Shown here piece by piece: positions 1 to 12,560 of a stretch of 64,000 nt of DNA (positions are counted from its first letter, which is position 1; each line of letters starts with the position of its first letter). Under the pieces are notes generated by a model, which was given only the letters and a program-made list of their open reading frames with translations, ran no database searches and was not told the DNA's origin. Made by a program: the position numbers and the translations under genes. Location: contig JASVEC010000001.1 in the NCBI GenBank assembly GCA_030770535.1, positions 1,178,001 to 1,242,000 on the forward strand. Reading direction: 5' to 3'. Source of the stretch: Batkoa obscura. Lineage: Eukaryota.

Positions 1-326
1 TAATCAACGTAGTCAATTAAAATCCTTATACAAAAAAATAAATCTCCTTAAATCATGGGATTTCATTTTCATAAATTAAAAGTTACATGAGGATATTAAA
101 TATACTCCTTATAGATGCTAGATTATAAACAAATAAATTAGCCTAAATACATCAGAACCGAAACTCGGAGCTTAGACCCTGCTTAAGAGCTAATAAATAT
201 ATTAAATTAAAATATTTAATATTCGCAAGTTTCTATAAACATAACATTAGATTAATTAGTTATAATGAAATTAAAAAAATTATACTTGTCTAAAAAATAA
301 TCTATAAAAGAATTTATTATTACACT

Positions 327-433
327 ACATAGAGATGTTTTTTCTGATTTCATCATTTTTTCCATTTTTTAAGCGCTATTTGAGTAGAATAATTGTTAGT
401 AAAATTCTTAAACAAGGAAATACATCCCCACAT
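327..433 (+). mobile_element. MITE family 1 copy
   Basis: Matches the ~98-bp consensus; flanked by ACAT on both sides. Confidence 0.85.
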
Positions 434-1286
434 GTTTCATTATTACATAGCTTTATGTTAAATAAATTTTATTGTTATGAATCAATGTTATTAATAAATA
501 TATTATTAAGATCCCTACTATAATAAATATTACCTCATTATTGTTTGGCGCTTTTTCAATCTTACTTACGACTTAAAGCATACATATTAAGTTTTAGTAG
601 TTTATATTAATAAGAAAACTTCATACCACAATTCCTAAAGTAAAGGCGATGATATATTGATTTTTTATTTTATTTTAAAATTAAAAAATTTAATTTATAA
701 AAGGAATGATGAGTCAATTGAAATTAAGCGTAAGTATTAACCCATACATTTTTATTTCTAATGTAACATTGATACTTGTTAAATTATTTATTAAAAAAGC
801 TAATAGTACAGATATAAACTTGTTCTGATTAATGCGGACGGTTCAAATTTTATATATTCAAGTTTATAGTTGTTGAATAAAGGCTAAATTTATTTAGTGA
901 TTGTTATTAAAATATTTAATACTGCTATTTTATAATTGATTTTTCCTCACATTTGTTTATTCTCAAATAAGTAATATTCTCTAAAGTGGTCAACTGGGCC
1001 TGGATGGTTAGAATTTGGTTAAATGAAATTAGGCTGAATTTATCAACCAATTAAAGATAAATTCTATTGATTAAAAGGGGAAGGTATGATTTATTAGTTT
1101 ACCTTTAATGTTTAATGCATGTTTTAATTTGAATCTTATAATCGAGTCTAGAATATATATAGTCAAAAGATTGACTTAAATTATTAATAAACGTTTGTAA
1201 TTTCTTTCAACCTTTTTATTAACAATATAAACTACTTTTTGATTACTCGTAATCAATCGTGATAAGCATTAAATTTAGCGTTAAAA

Positions 1287-2648
1287 ATGAAAGACGTAAT
1301 TGATCAAGCCATCTTGAATTTGGAACCAAAAGTGGGGGATAATATAGTAAGCTTTGATATCTCATATACGTGGGGTAAAGAGCATATACTACCAAGGGAG
1401 TTGGAGCCTTTAAGGTATGTAGGTGATGATTTAGCGCAATCCTGTCTACCCTATTTAAAATACGCCCCTAGCAATTCTTTAAGGATAAATAACGAGTTTC
1501 GTTTAAATAAATTAAAAGAATTGATTAAAGATGAGGAAACATGTCCCAAAGAAGTTCGCGAGCTATATAAAGAATTGTACCATGTCCCGGAATGGGTAGA
1601 CCAAGATCAAATTAAAAGAGGTCAAACATTATACTGGTCCTACTTCCCTCTTATTAAATTGATATTATTAAACTGTAGCTTAGTTGGTGGGTTTTCAGCA
1701 GAGAAGATAGTAGCCACGTTAAACTGTACAAATTATTTAAATAGCCCAACCAAAGCATACCCAAGGCTATTGGAAACTGCGTTATTTGTGATGGATTGTA
1801 TGTGCTTTGATGAACTCAAACCAGAAGGAAGGGGTTGGCTATCCGCCTTTAATGTTAGGATGATGCATGCTCAAGTAAGACAACATGTTCTACGCTTACC
1901 AAAAGGCTTTTATGATAAAAAATTAAACGGTGTACCTGCAAATCAAGAAGATTTATACTCAACAACACTTGTGTTTTCTTATGTAGTATTAATAAATTTA
2001 GAAAGGATGGGGGTTAATTTATCAGATCAAGATAAAGAAGATTATATGGCATGCTGGAGATATATTGCTTATTTATTGGGAATAAAAGATGAAAATGGAT
2101 ACCTTAGTTCATTTAATAAAGGGCGATGCCTAAGGGAAAGCATCGCGTTTCATTTATATGAACCAAACCCACCCCCATCTGAATCTGCATCTGCCATTGC
2201 AACCAACGTCCTTAAGGCTTGCTCATACCAGCCCCCTTTCTTCCGTTCATATCATCATAATGTAGAATTAACCCGCTTTTTTATTGGTGATATTCGTTCA
2301 GATTATTTGAAATTACCGCATTCCCAGTTATATAAAATTCTAGTACCCATTAAGGTATTTGTGGCCACTCAAATTGTCAAGTTTTTTGTATACGTTAATC
2401 GTGATTGGGTTATGTCTAGCGCTAAAAATGTAGGGTATAAAACAATAGGAAAGATATTGGGCAAATTGAATCCAAATTACCAGTTTGAGGTTCATCAAGA
2501 AACTAAACATAAGAAAGCGAATCGTAGGTTAACTGTCCCAGATTTTACAGGCTATTATTGGGTTATTATATTATTTTTATTTATTTTTACTCTATTTTTA
2601 CGAAACAGTTTTACCAATTGGAATAACTTAAAGTTGATAAGCTTGTAA
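1287..2648 (+). CDS. ER-bound oxygenase MpaB / rubber-oxygenase-like (DUF2236) domain protein
   Basis: 453-aa intronless ORF with PEWVDQDQIKRGQ, RLLETALF, VRMMHAQVR, PANQEDL and WRYIAYLLGI motifs typical of the family; C-terminal transmembrane segment. Confidence 0.85.
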   Translation: MKDVIDQAILNLEPKVGDNIVSFDISYTWGKEHILPRELEPLRYVGDDLAQSCLPYLKYAPSNSLRINNEFRLNKLKELIKDEETCPKEVRELYKELYHVPEWVDQDQIKRGQTLYWSYFPLIKLILLNCSLVGGFSAEKIVATLNCTNYLNSPTKAYPRLLETALFVMDCMCFDELKPEGRGWLSAFNVRMMHAQVRQHVLRLPKGFYDKKLNGVPANQEDLYSTTLVFSYVVLINLERMGVNLSDQDKEDYMACWRYIAYLLGIKDENGYLSSFNKGRCLRESIAFHLYEPNPPPSESASAIATNVLKACSYQPPFFRSYHHNVELTRFFIGDIRSDYLKLPHSQLYKILVPIKVFVATQIVKFFVYVNRDWVMSSAKNVGYKTIGKILGKLNPNYQFEVHQETKHKKANRRLTVPDFTGYYWVIILFLFIFTLFLRNSFTNWNNLKLISL

Positions 2649-4346
2649 TTAAATAAATTATATTGTGCTGTTTTACATTTTAGTCACTTTTAGGTTTAAA
2701 CAAGTTTAATTTTTCAAGCTAAAACCCTAAAATTAATTTTAGCCGATTTTATGAATTTTTTTCAAAATTTGATGTTTTAATCTTGTAAGATTGAAGACTC
2801 CCGATTGTTTTGTTTAAGGAAGTTAGAATTGAAATGAAGGAAGCGAGAAGGCTGTAAATTTAAAAGAAGTAGACGTATGATATATCTGCTCCAAAACTTA
2901 GAAAATACACAGTAGGGTGGCTAAAGCTTTACGATGCTTTTAAGTTTAAAAAAGAATCAATTATATCAAAGTTATCTGGTTTTTATTTTAAACTAAGGGT
3001 AATTTTAATACAACATTTATCTTATAAATCCTTTAATAAGCAACATAAGAAATTGTGTTCAAACTTTAACTACAACAAACAGATTTAAACTAGGCTTATG
3101 TACTCCAGGTATCCCATATAAAATTTTCTAGTAGATTTGGGAATTAATAGTTGATAAGATCAATAAATTGGAGCAGTTAGATGTCTTTCATTGTTTTTAA
3201 TCTGTAGTTGAAGTTTTTTAATATGAGTCTAAAAAGTGTATAAATTACAGAAATATTCAAAAGTTTACAACTATAATTAATTTTATTATATACAAATTCA
3301 AAATAATAAGTATGTAATTGAGGAGATGTAAAAACAACTAAATCACATTATTGAAATAAAACTTTGAATAACTAAATTTTAAACTTTCAAATTTTTAGTT
3401 TTCAGCTTGATATATCTCAACGTTATTAAACATAAAAATTTATAAATTATTTTTAATTATACTGAGAATCTTCACAAGAATATTGCCGCTTAAAAATCCA
3501 TGAGCTATTTTTATCTGGTGCTTATTAGTTCCTCATATATGGAAGGACTTAATATATTAATTATACTCAAGCCAATATATTCAACTTGAACTAGGAAAAA
3601 TAAAGGCTTAATATTAACTGGAGTAATCTTTAAAAAAAGTAACATTATTAATGATATTAATATCAATTACTGCTATAACAAAAAATAATAATAGCTGTTT
3701 ATAAAGCAATTTTAAACTACAGCTTGAGTACTATTATCATTTTTATTGTTTTTCGTGCTGTAACAAATAGATTTTTACTGAAAAGAGCTCAAAACCACAT
3801 CAAATAGTAAATAGTGATATAAACGCTAATATTTTAATTTTAAGTTATGTTTATGAGTACGGTAAAAAATCTAAACTCGTGTTTGTGTTTTAGTAATACT
3901 AATATACTGAGGATAGTAAATAGATATTGGGCTAGAGGTATTTTTTAATATAAACTAATTAAAACCGTTGCAAAAATACTAAATTGTCTCGAAAAACTAG
4001 TTTAGTAAACTTGACTTTGATTTAATAATTATTGGTTATTGCGGTATTGGTAAACTTGTGGTAGGGCTCCTATTTTAAAACTCAAGTTTTGTTTGATCTC
4101 TCTGGACCCAAACCTTATCATAAATCAAATGATGTTGTATATGATATATATTCCTTAAACTGTTTTAAAAGCTCCAAGTACTGCATCACCTTGTATATCA
4201 ATTTAAAAGCATCGCACAATTTCTTCAGTTAAACGAATGAAGTTGAAAGCTCTATTGTTAAATGCTATAGTATATATAACTATTTTATTGTTTATTGAAA
4301 TTTATTATTAAATCTATAATACTTTTTATTTTTTCCATTTTTATAC

Positions 4347-4449
4347 ATAAGAGGGTGTTTCTTAGTTCATCACTTTTTCCATTTTTTAAGCACTACTTAA
4401 GTAAAATAATTGTTATTAAAATTCTTAAACAAAAAAATCATCCCTATAA
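4347..4449 (+). mobile_element. MITE family 1 copy (diverged)
   Basis: Consensus match; flanked by ATAA on both sides. Confidence 0.8.
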
Positions 4450-4923
4450 AGTTGAGAAAAACTATAAAAATATGATTAAATAAACATTTGCAATATTTCA
4501 TTAAATCTAATATTTATAATTTTAATAATTATACCTGTACCTATAGTTTAGTAATATCTATAGCATTTTTAACAACCCAAACTTTTTCTAAATTTAAGTT
4601 AAAAGTTAAAAGTTAAAATAGAGGCTTGTTAAATTTTGATATAACTTAGAAATTATTGATAGAAACACCTGCTGTATTTTTTACCTCCAGGATTACAAAG
4701 AAATCAAAGTAATTTTTTTCATTTACACAGTATTTAAAACTATAATAGGGTTATATTTTGATATATTGTAAGATAGTATTGGACATTTTGTGTTGATTTT
4801 TAATAAAGATAAAGTTATACACTATTAATTAAAGTTGTTTAAATAATTTAATTTTTTATAATGAATTCAGTGAAGTAGATTTATAAAATATAGCACACTA
4901 AATTTTAATTTATTTGTTGAAAT

Positions 4924-5030
4924 ATATGAGGATGTATTTTTATGTTTAAGAATTTTACTAACAATCTTTCCGCTCAAATAGCGCTTAAAAAATGAAAAAA
5001 ATAATGAAACCAAAAAAAACATCCTTATAT
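4924..5030 (-). mobile_element. MITE family 1 copy
   Basis: Reverse-orientation match; ATAT flanks. Confidence 0.85.
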
Positions 5031-5567
5031 AATATTGTTATAAATTTTGTATTTTAGATTGATAGTTGTTTTTTTTGCTAAAATTGTTTAATAAAATAAC
5101 TTAAAAGAACAAATTAACAAAATTTAAAACTATTATATTAAATCATTATAACAAAATTGATTTATTAAAATAACGACTCAGGTATATTGTAAGCTGTTTT
5201 ATAACATATTTTTTAGTTTTGGTTTAATTTTATGATTTTTATAACTTTCACCAAATATTAAGCTTATACTGTTAATTTCTATTATATTTTCATTCAAATT
5301 ATTATTTTTATTGATTATTTTTTTGTATTATCTAACTTAAATATATGTTTAAAAAAGGCCAAAATTTAATAAATAGGCGTTATATTAAGCGAAATAAAAT
5401 AAATCAATGTATTAAAAATAAAATAATACACATGTTATATAAAAAATCTTTTTTAAAATTTTATAGAATATAGAAAATGGACAACATGATGAAATAAAAA
5501 CCGTTACCATATGTTTATTGATGGTTCTCAATAGTTTCTAAAAATATAAAGGGATTTTATAAACATA

Positions 5568-5674
5568 ATATGGCGATGTATTTTTGTGTTTAAGATTCTT
5601 GCTAACAATCTTTCCGATCAAATAGCACTTAAAAAATGGAAAAAGTGATGAAACCAAAAAAAACATCCCCATAT
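5568..5674 (-). mobile_element. MITE family 1 copy
   Basis: Reverse-orientation match; ATAT flanks. Confidence 0.85.
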
Positions 5675-6142
5675 GAGCTTTTTGAATAAACTGATAGTAT
5701 TTTAAATGCAGCTTTCTATTTAGTAGAATTTTTATAGTGTCATAAAATATATAATTAACAGAGTTGAATTTTAAAATAATTTTAGCATTGTATTATTTAA
5801 AACCAAAGTTGACAAACAAGTATAAGTTAATATGATAATTTGAATGGATACTCAGTAATATTTTATAAAGCAACATTAATTAAATATTAATTGAGTTTCC
5901 TTAGAGCGCAATTTTGGGATTATAGTTCTACCTTGTTCTTAAATTTATCCAATTATTCTCCAAATTGATTTGTCCAATAAGAATAGAGTTATAAAGAATG
6001 TTCCACTTCAAATGCTCATAAATAGCCAATCACATAAGCTGAAAGGATAAATAAAGTATCATAATTGGACAGAGATATTAGTTCTAATATAATTTTCCAA
6101 ATAGCTTATAATTTGTGAAATTTTTTGTTCCATTTACTAAAC

Positions 6143-6805
6143 ATGACCTTTAGAGCTTGCGACCAATGTCGAACACGCAGAGTCAAATGTGAAGCATTTG
6201 AAGGAAGTTGTGGACCATGTAGCAAAAGAAACCTTGTTTGTACTTTTAGAGATCCGATTCAGAAAAGAGGACCTAAATCAAGATTATCAGATACTACTTC
6301 ACCAAATAACTTTACTCAAGAAATGCAAAGCCCAAATTTAGATAGAGACCATAATACTGAAAGTAGGAGAGGGGATATACATCGAAGTGAGATTGAGAAA
6401 TCAAGTGGCGTTGAAGAGAATCCTTATTTTATTGATGGTAAACTAACTAAGCTTGGTTTAGAAAAACAGTTGATAGACCATTTTATGAGTAGTCTTAATC
6501 CAGTACTAGGGAGCCCAGTCAATGCTGTCAACTTAGAAAGGATAAGGTCAAACGATCCTAGTCCTTCTGAAACCTTTTTATTTTTTTGTGTTTGTACTTG
6601 TGCTGCAATGTATTCAGATTTAGGAATGAGCAATTCAACCACATTATACTATTACTCGCATGCTGCGCAATTGATACAAATAGCAGACTCGCAAAGAGAC
6701 GACACTTATTTCAAAGGGCTAGTTATATTAGACTATTTAAAAAGGTATCTATTCAACACTTTATTTGGGAGCTCCAAACCGCGAATTCAAACTAATCAAA
6801 GGTAG
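6143..6805 (+). CDS. Short Zn(II)2Cys6 transcription factor with a compact middle-homology-like C-terminal domain
   Basis: RACDQCRTRRVKC-x6-CGPC-x6-C plus KRGPK linker. First ATG is at 6143 (the track starts at TTG 6125). Confidence 0.9.
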   Translation: MTFRACDQCRTRRVKCEAFEGSCGPCSKRNLVCTFRDPIQKRGPKSRLSDTTSPNNFTQEMQSPNLDRDHNTESRRGDIHRSEIEKSSGVEENPYFIDGKLTKLGLEKQLIDHFMSSLNPVLGSPVNAVNLERIRSNDPSPSETFLFFCVCTCAAMYSDLGMSNSTTLYYYSHAAQLIQIADSQRDDTYFKGLVILDYLKRYLFNTLFGSSKPRIQTNQR

Positions 6806-8115
6806 TTTGTAATTTAAATATAATTTATACATTTATAAAGTATTCTTTTTCAAGTACTTACATACCTTTATTAATGTTTTAAATTAGTATTTTTTATTTA
6901 CCTAGTAGGAATCATGTAATATTCAACTAGTTTATCAAATCTTTATATTTTTAATCTCTATATTTTTATAATTGTACACTTTTTAATTTTAATATTTTGC
7001 TAATTATACTATAAACAAATTGTATTATACGCTATATATTAGTCAATTGTATATTTGAGTATTATGTTTAAACAATCTAATAGCTTAAATAAAGTTTTGT
7101 TTATATGTATGATACTCAAAAAATAAAATATTTGGTGATATAGTATTATAGCTAATAAGTTGCAACAGGATCCTATCAAAAATGAAATAAAATAGAGATA
7201 AGGTAATACTTTTATAAGCTTAAAATTTCATTCCAAACTTTATTTTTTAATTATACATAGCCCTAAAATAATGTTTATATAAAATATTTAAAAATTATCA
7301 AACATAAAAGTTTTAAAGAAAGCCCCCCTGCTTAAAAATTTGCATCCAAAACCACTTTGAAAGGGATCATTTATTATAAATTTTAAAAATTCAAGAACTA
7401 GAAAAAGTTTAATAAGTTATTCTAATTTTTTGATTTTTAGTTTAACTCCAAAGTTTCTACTTTGAGAAACAGTCTTTTTAAATAAAATTATATGAATTTT
7501 ATACCGATATTTTACTTTGAAAATTAGTTGATTTCATTATATAATACGTAAAAAAAAGTACAGCCTTTCGTCCCTCACTAAATTTACCCAAACTTATTTA
7601 TCTAGATAAGTTATTGAAAGTAGTTATTGACTACGATTCCTAAAGTTCATTTAATAAAATACACGGGATCTGGGATTTATAAAAAAGCTATTAGATTGTA
7701 TATATTACTTATTTTATTGAATTTGTTAGCTTCATCCTCATTCTATAATTCATAGATGGTTATATTTAATAAAGTTGAGCTACTAAAATACTACTGATAT
7801 AATATAAAAAGCAACTTAAATGCATCACTTGATTCTTTATAGCTTTCTACTTATTTTAACTATAAAATTATGTAAAATTTACTAATAAATTTCGACTAAA
7901 TAAATCGACTAAATATTTATGTATTAAGAACATGATAATCTAAATTTAACAAGAACGAACTAAGTTTATACTATAAGAATCTCGATGTAAGATAGAGGGA
8001 TACCAAATATCAAACGAAAACGACATGTAACTTATCCTAAATACATTTTACTATGATAATATATATAATATCATTGTTTTGATATAGAGGTAAACTAAAT
8101 ATTTAAATAGAACGT

Positions 8116-8222
8116 ATATGGGGGTGTCTTTTTTGGCTTCATCACTTTTTCCATCTTTTAAGCGCTATTTGAGCGGATAAATTATTAGTAAAATTCTTAA
8201 ACACAAAAATACATCCCCATAT
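8116..8222 (+). mobile_element. MITE family 1 copy (near consensus)
   Basis: ATAT|GGGGGTGT...ATACATCCCC|ATAT. Confidence 0.9.
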
Positions 8223-9190
8223 TTAAAATATCTTAGATTTTTATTATATTTTAATAGTAAAGTAAAAAAATAGATTTGTATAACTCTGCAAAAACAAACT
8301 CGGCCAATCTACTAAATAGTTATTAGCAAACTAGTCAAATTCATTTTCCAGAGCTATATAAAGAGCGACTTTTTATTAATTATGATTATTTATAAACAAA
8401 AAACTTTTATAGATTATATACAATTTAGAATATAAAGATTCTTTGAAATTTTACAAATAAAAAGCTTTGGGCAATAATAATAATTAGAATAGTGATACTA
8501 AATTAGATTTTTGCATAGCTGAGCTTTGACGGAATTAACAATCTAAAAAATTTATAGGTTACTATTTAATATACTACGACATAATTCTAAAACTTTATAA
8601 TTTTTGTAATTTGTTAAAAAACAAAAAAAAGATCCTCAATATACAATAAAGTTAAGATTTAAAGCATTTTAATACAAACTTATTATTTAGAAATTACAAG
8701 GAATTAAAATATCTACTATTATCCTTTTAACAAGTTTTTTACCTTATTTTAATAATTAATTCCAGACCCAGATTGGATTATTTACTTTCTTACAGTTGTA
8801 TTACTACATATAATATTTGTATGAAAACTTTCCATCTTTTATCCCAACAATAGGTTAATATTAATAATTAATATTGTCTATTTGAAAGTCTCCTTATTTA
8901 TTTTTGTAAAAAAGTTGACATCATCTCTAAATTTATGATTTATGCTAAATTAAACTACGTTTAAACAAAAACCATGGTAATAAATAATTATAATCCTAAA
9001 TATATTATAAAAAACAACTATTTATCATAGTTTATTAGTAGATTAAAAACGAATTGAAAAACCAGGAACGATAAAACTTTCGGCCCGAGCTGTATCATGG
9101 TATTGGTGAAACATTTAACTTGGTTTTGTTGTTTCAAACAAAGGCTAGAATCTTTCTATGACGATAAATAAAATTTCCACACAACTTTAT

Positions 9191-9589
9191 ATAACTTCAA
9201 AGCCATGAGTACTTTTGAGGTTATGGAAGATAATATAATTGGATAAGAATAGAAACTTTTTAATTAATTCGTTTACAATGATGAAAATAATCAGCCAATT
9301 AGCCTAATTCAATTAAATTCTTTGTGGATTAATCCTTTCTCATTGGATATTTTGGTAAATTATAAAAATCAATGATTGATTGATTTAAGAACAAAATGTA
9401 ATTTTAGCGAAGGGGTGATTTTATTTAGCCAATAGTTGAATAAATTTACAGAAATCAATGAGTACCTTTGAAGTTATCGTTAAAACTCAATTCCATTCCA
9501 ACCATTTGTGTTTTCAGTTAGAAGAATAAGTTGATTCAATTGATAATTTTTAATCACTATTACGGAATAGAGTACTTTTGAAGTTATCG
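9191..9589. promoter_or_regulatory. Array of four ZRE-like motifs (GAGTACYTTTGARGTTAT) upstream of the ZIP transporter
   Basis: Direct copies at 9207-9224, 9460-9477 and 9570-9587, plus an inverted partial copy at 9191-9202. The core ACYTTTGARGT resembles the Zap1 ZRE ACCTTNAAGGT. Confidence 0.65.
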
Positions 9590-9911
9590 CATTTTACAAA
9601 AAATAAGAAATAAAAATGTCTGTATATTTTATATTCGACTATTGAATGACCATCATAATTGAACACTAACAGGTAGGTTCTAATCACACTTTAGTCACCA
9701 TTTGTTTAGCTGATTGCTAAGAAAATTCTAGTCTTAACACAAAGTATTGACAATTTCTTAAAATAATAAAATTTATGGTCACATTTATCTATAGAATAAA
9801 ATTAGCTTCTAAGAATAAATTAATAATCAATTAAACGTAAAAAATAGTATAAAAGGAGAGAAATTACAACCCATCAATTTCAAAAGTTTATCTTTTTATA
9901 ATCATTTTAAT

Positions 9912-11030
9912 ATGAAATTTTTTGTCTTTATTTTTACTTTGTTTGCTGTATTGGCTTCATCTGAATCTTTAAATCAATTATCATCCGGGTTAGAAGGGAG
10001 TGGTTCAGTTGAAATACCACGAAACCATGTTATTAGTATAAAGCGTAGACACGGGGACCATAGTCATGCTGAGGATGAGCATGAACATGAACATGAGCAT
10101 GAACATGAAAGTGTATGTGGTGAAATAACAGTACTAAAAGAGTATGACCTTGGTTTACACATCATTGGTGCGGTAGTATTAGCAGTAGCGAGTTTCATTG
10201 GGTGCTCTATGACAGCAATTAGTAAACGTCAGAGTTTTATTAAGATACCAACCATAATCATTGATATTGGGCGTCATTTTGGGTCTGGGGTAATTTTGTC
10301 AACTGGGTTTATTCACATGCTAATGTCCTCCGTTTATAATTTATCTCATGAGTGTGCCCCCAAAATATTTAAAACTTATAGTGCTTTCCCTACTTTAATT
10401 GCAATGATTTCTGCCTTGGTCCTTCACCTTTTAGAGTATTTACTATTAGCTCATTTTAATAGAGATAAAATTGAAGAAGTAGTAAAGGGGAGTGACTTGA
10501 TAGGTGAAGAGGAGCACGGCTGTGCAATGCATTGCAGTGATTCGCTTGAAACAAGAATAACCACTTATATATTAGAATTAGGAATCTTATCTCACTCTAT
10601 CTTTATTGGTATCTCTTTAGGTGTAACCTCTGGGACACAATGGGTTACTTTATTAGTAGCTATTGTATTCCATCAATTTTTTGAAGGGATTGGCTTAGGT
10701 GCTCGTATCTCCGATTTGAGTTTTAATACTGTCTTGAAGCCTATGTTTATGGTTTTGTCTTTTTCGATAACTGCATCTATTGGAGTTGCCATTGGAATCT
10801 TAATTCATACCTCTTATTCCGATACTTCGCCAACTGCTTTAGTTATTCAAGGTGTATTCGATGCGATTTCTGCTGGTATTTTAATTTACACCGCTTTGGT
10901 AGAATTAATTGCAAGAGAAATTTCTACCAAATCGGAATTTGTTTTAAAATCCAAAGTTGCTAAAATTTTGTGTTTTATTGCCCTTTACCTTGGAGTTGCC
11001 TCGATGGCCATCATTGGGATTTGGGCCTAA
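9912..11030 (+). CDS. ZRT1: ZIP-family zinc/iron transporter (Zrt1-like) with signal peptide and His/Glu-rich N-terminus
   Basis: HFGSGVILSTGFIHM, LELGILSHSIFIG, HQFFEGIGLG and ISAGILIYTALVEL ZIP motifs; HEHEHEHEHE tract; TATAAAAG at 9848. Confidence 0.92.
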   Translation: MKFFVFIFTLFAVLASSESLNQLSSGLEGSGSVEIPRNHVISIKRRHGDHSHAEDEHEHEHEHEHESVCGEITVLKEYDLGLHIIGAVVLAVASFIGCSMTAISKRQSFIKIPTIIIDIGRHFGSGVILSTGFIHMLMSSVYNLSHECAPKIFKTYSAFPTLIAMISALVLHLLEYLLLAHFNRDKIEEVVKGSDLIGEEEHGCAMHCSDSLETRITTYILELGILSHSIFIGISLGVTSGTQWVTLLVAIVFHQFFEGIGLGARISDLSFNTVLKPMFMVLSFSITASIGVAIGILIHTSYSDTSPTALVIQGVFDAISAGILIYTALVELIAREISTKSEFVLKSKVAKILCFIALYLGVASMAIIGIWA

Positions 11031-12202
11031 TTTTCTTTTTATTCATTAAATAAAATTTAATTTATTCTACTTTAAGCACTAGTTTAAAATTATCTTGTTT
11101 TTTCTAATAAAATCCCACGAAAAATTATTCAATCAATCCTGTTTATTTTTTTATCTTTTTTTTTTATTTACAACTTATTTTATTAGGAATCCACTTTTTT
11201 ATCGATTTTAATTGATTGGTTTAACAGTCAATAATACATCTTATATATAAAGATTAGTTAGATAATTCGTTAAAAAGTTGATGATTCCAATTAACTTTTA
11301 TTTCGCTTTCTATAAGTGAGCTATTGAATTAAAAAATTGATTTTAAAATATTTATTTTGGCCTCTGTCTTAGTTATTCTTTTTATTTTTATTTTTTTAAA
11401 TAACTTTCTGTTTAGAATAAAAGTAGAGGAGTTCAATTTCACCTTGTTTTTACTTTCTATTATTCTAACTTACAACAAAACCACCTTTAAAAAGATTATT
11501 GATCAATTGAATTAATGGAAGAATTCTATTTTATTTAAAATTTACCGAAAATTACACATATTATTTAAAAAAATAAGTATAACTACTGTTTCATTCATTA
11601 AACTGACCTTTAGAATCAAGTTTTGTTAGCACCATTTTAAATCAACTTTTATTCATTACAGGACCGTTACTAGTTTTTAGTTTTATTTATAATTCTAAGA
11701 TTTTATAAAAGACCTGTAGCTACATATAGGTTTTAATCAATGGCATCAGCTCAATCAAATGTTTGATATTTTATTAAAAATCATACTTTAATGTATATCA
11801 AGAGTCAATTTATCAAATAGATTCTTAAGCCGTTACTTTTCATGTTCTTGAAATGGCTAAGCTCCCGAGTTAGTTTATTAACAAATATCTTTAAAACAAC
11901 TAATAGAACTGTAAATCACCTTTAAATTTAAAATAAGTGTTATTCAGGTTATCAAATAATTAAAGCTTAGTATAATAAATTGAAATAAAGAAGTTCAAAT
12001 TATCTTTAAAATTATCTTTTAATTCTAAATTAATTAAAAATACCTAAAGTAAAAACCGAGATATAAAAATGAAATAAAAAGCAGAGTGTTAGGTTAAGTA
12101 GTAAATAGCACTATTGATTGTCTTTTTATGTTTTATAGCTATTGTGAGGTCTCTATGTCTTATTCTTTAAGCTTTTATCTAAACTTTTTATCATTATTAC
12201 TA

Positions 12203-12348
12203 CACTAATAGAGGTCTCAGGTAGTTACTCTAAAGATTGATTTATTTAGTAAAATACGAAAGTGCATTTAATTAATTTAGTAGAAACTTCATCGTATTTT
12301 ACTAAATAAATCAACCTTTGGAGTAACTACCCGAGACCTCTACTAGTG
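12203..12348. mobile_element. Foldback MITE with 57-bp TIRs starting CACTA and a TA target duplication
   Basis: Arms 12203-12259 and 12292-12348 are inverted with 4 mismatches; TA on both flanks. Confidence 0.85.
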
Positions 12349-12454
12349 TATAATAAATTTAATTTAATGCTAATGCTATTTTTAGTTATACGACTTATTT
12401 TTAACTCTTAGAAAGTTAGTTCTATTATTAAATTAAGTTAACGTTATGTTCTAT

Positions 12455-12560
12455 ATATGGGGATGTGTTTTTTTTTAAAGAATTTTACTAACAATCTTTC
12501 CACTCAAATAGCGCTTAAAAGATATAAAAAGTGATGAAACCAAAAAAAACATCCTCATAT
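12455..12560 (-). mobile_element. MITE family 1 copy
   Basis: Reverse-orientation match; ATAT flanks. Confidence 0.85.

Noticed and set aside
335..523. 62-aa ORF similar to the ORF at 4295-4483
   Set aside because: The shared FPFFK.YLS.II..KILKQ text is just a translation of the family-1 MITE; not a gene family.
709..717. Single ATGAGTCAA AP-1/Gcn4-type site upstream of the oxygenase gene
   Set aside because: One short match in 64 kb is compatible with chance.
4030..4260. GC-richer patch suggesting a gene or transposase relic
   Set aside because: The frames examined are interrupted by stops and show no recognisable motif.
4295..4483. 62-aa ORF
   Set aside because: TTG start, overlaps a MITE copy, no coding features.
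8223..9190. Possible Pra1/Aspf2 zincophore gene divergent from the ZIP transporter
   Set aside because: No suitable ORF or HRXXH-type motif found on the minus strand.
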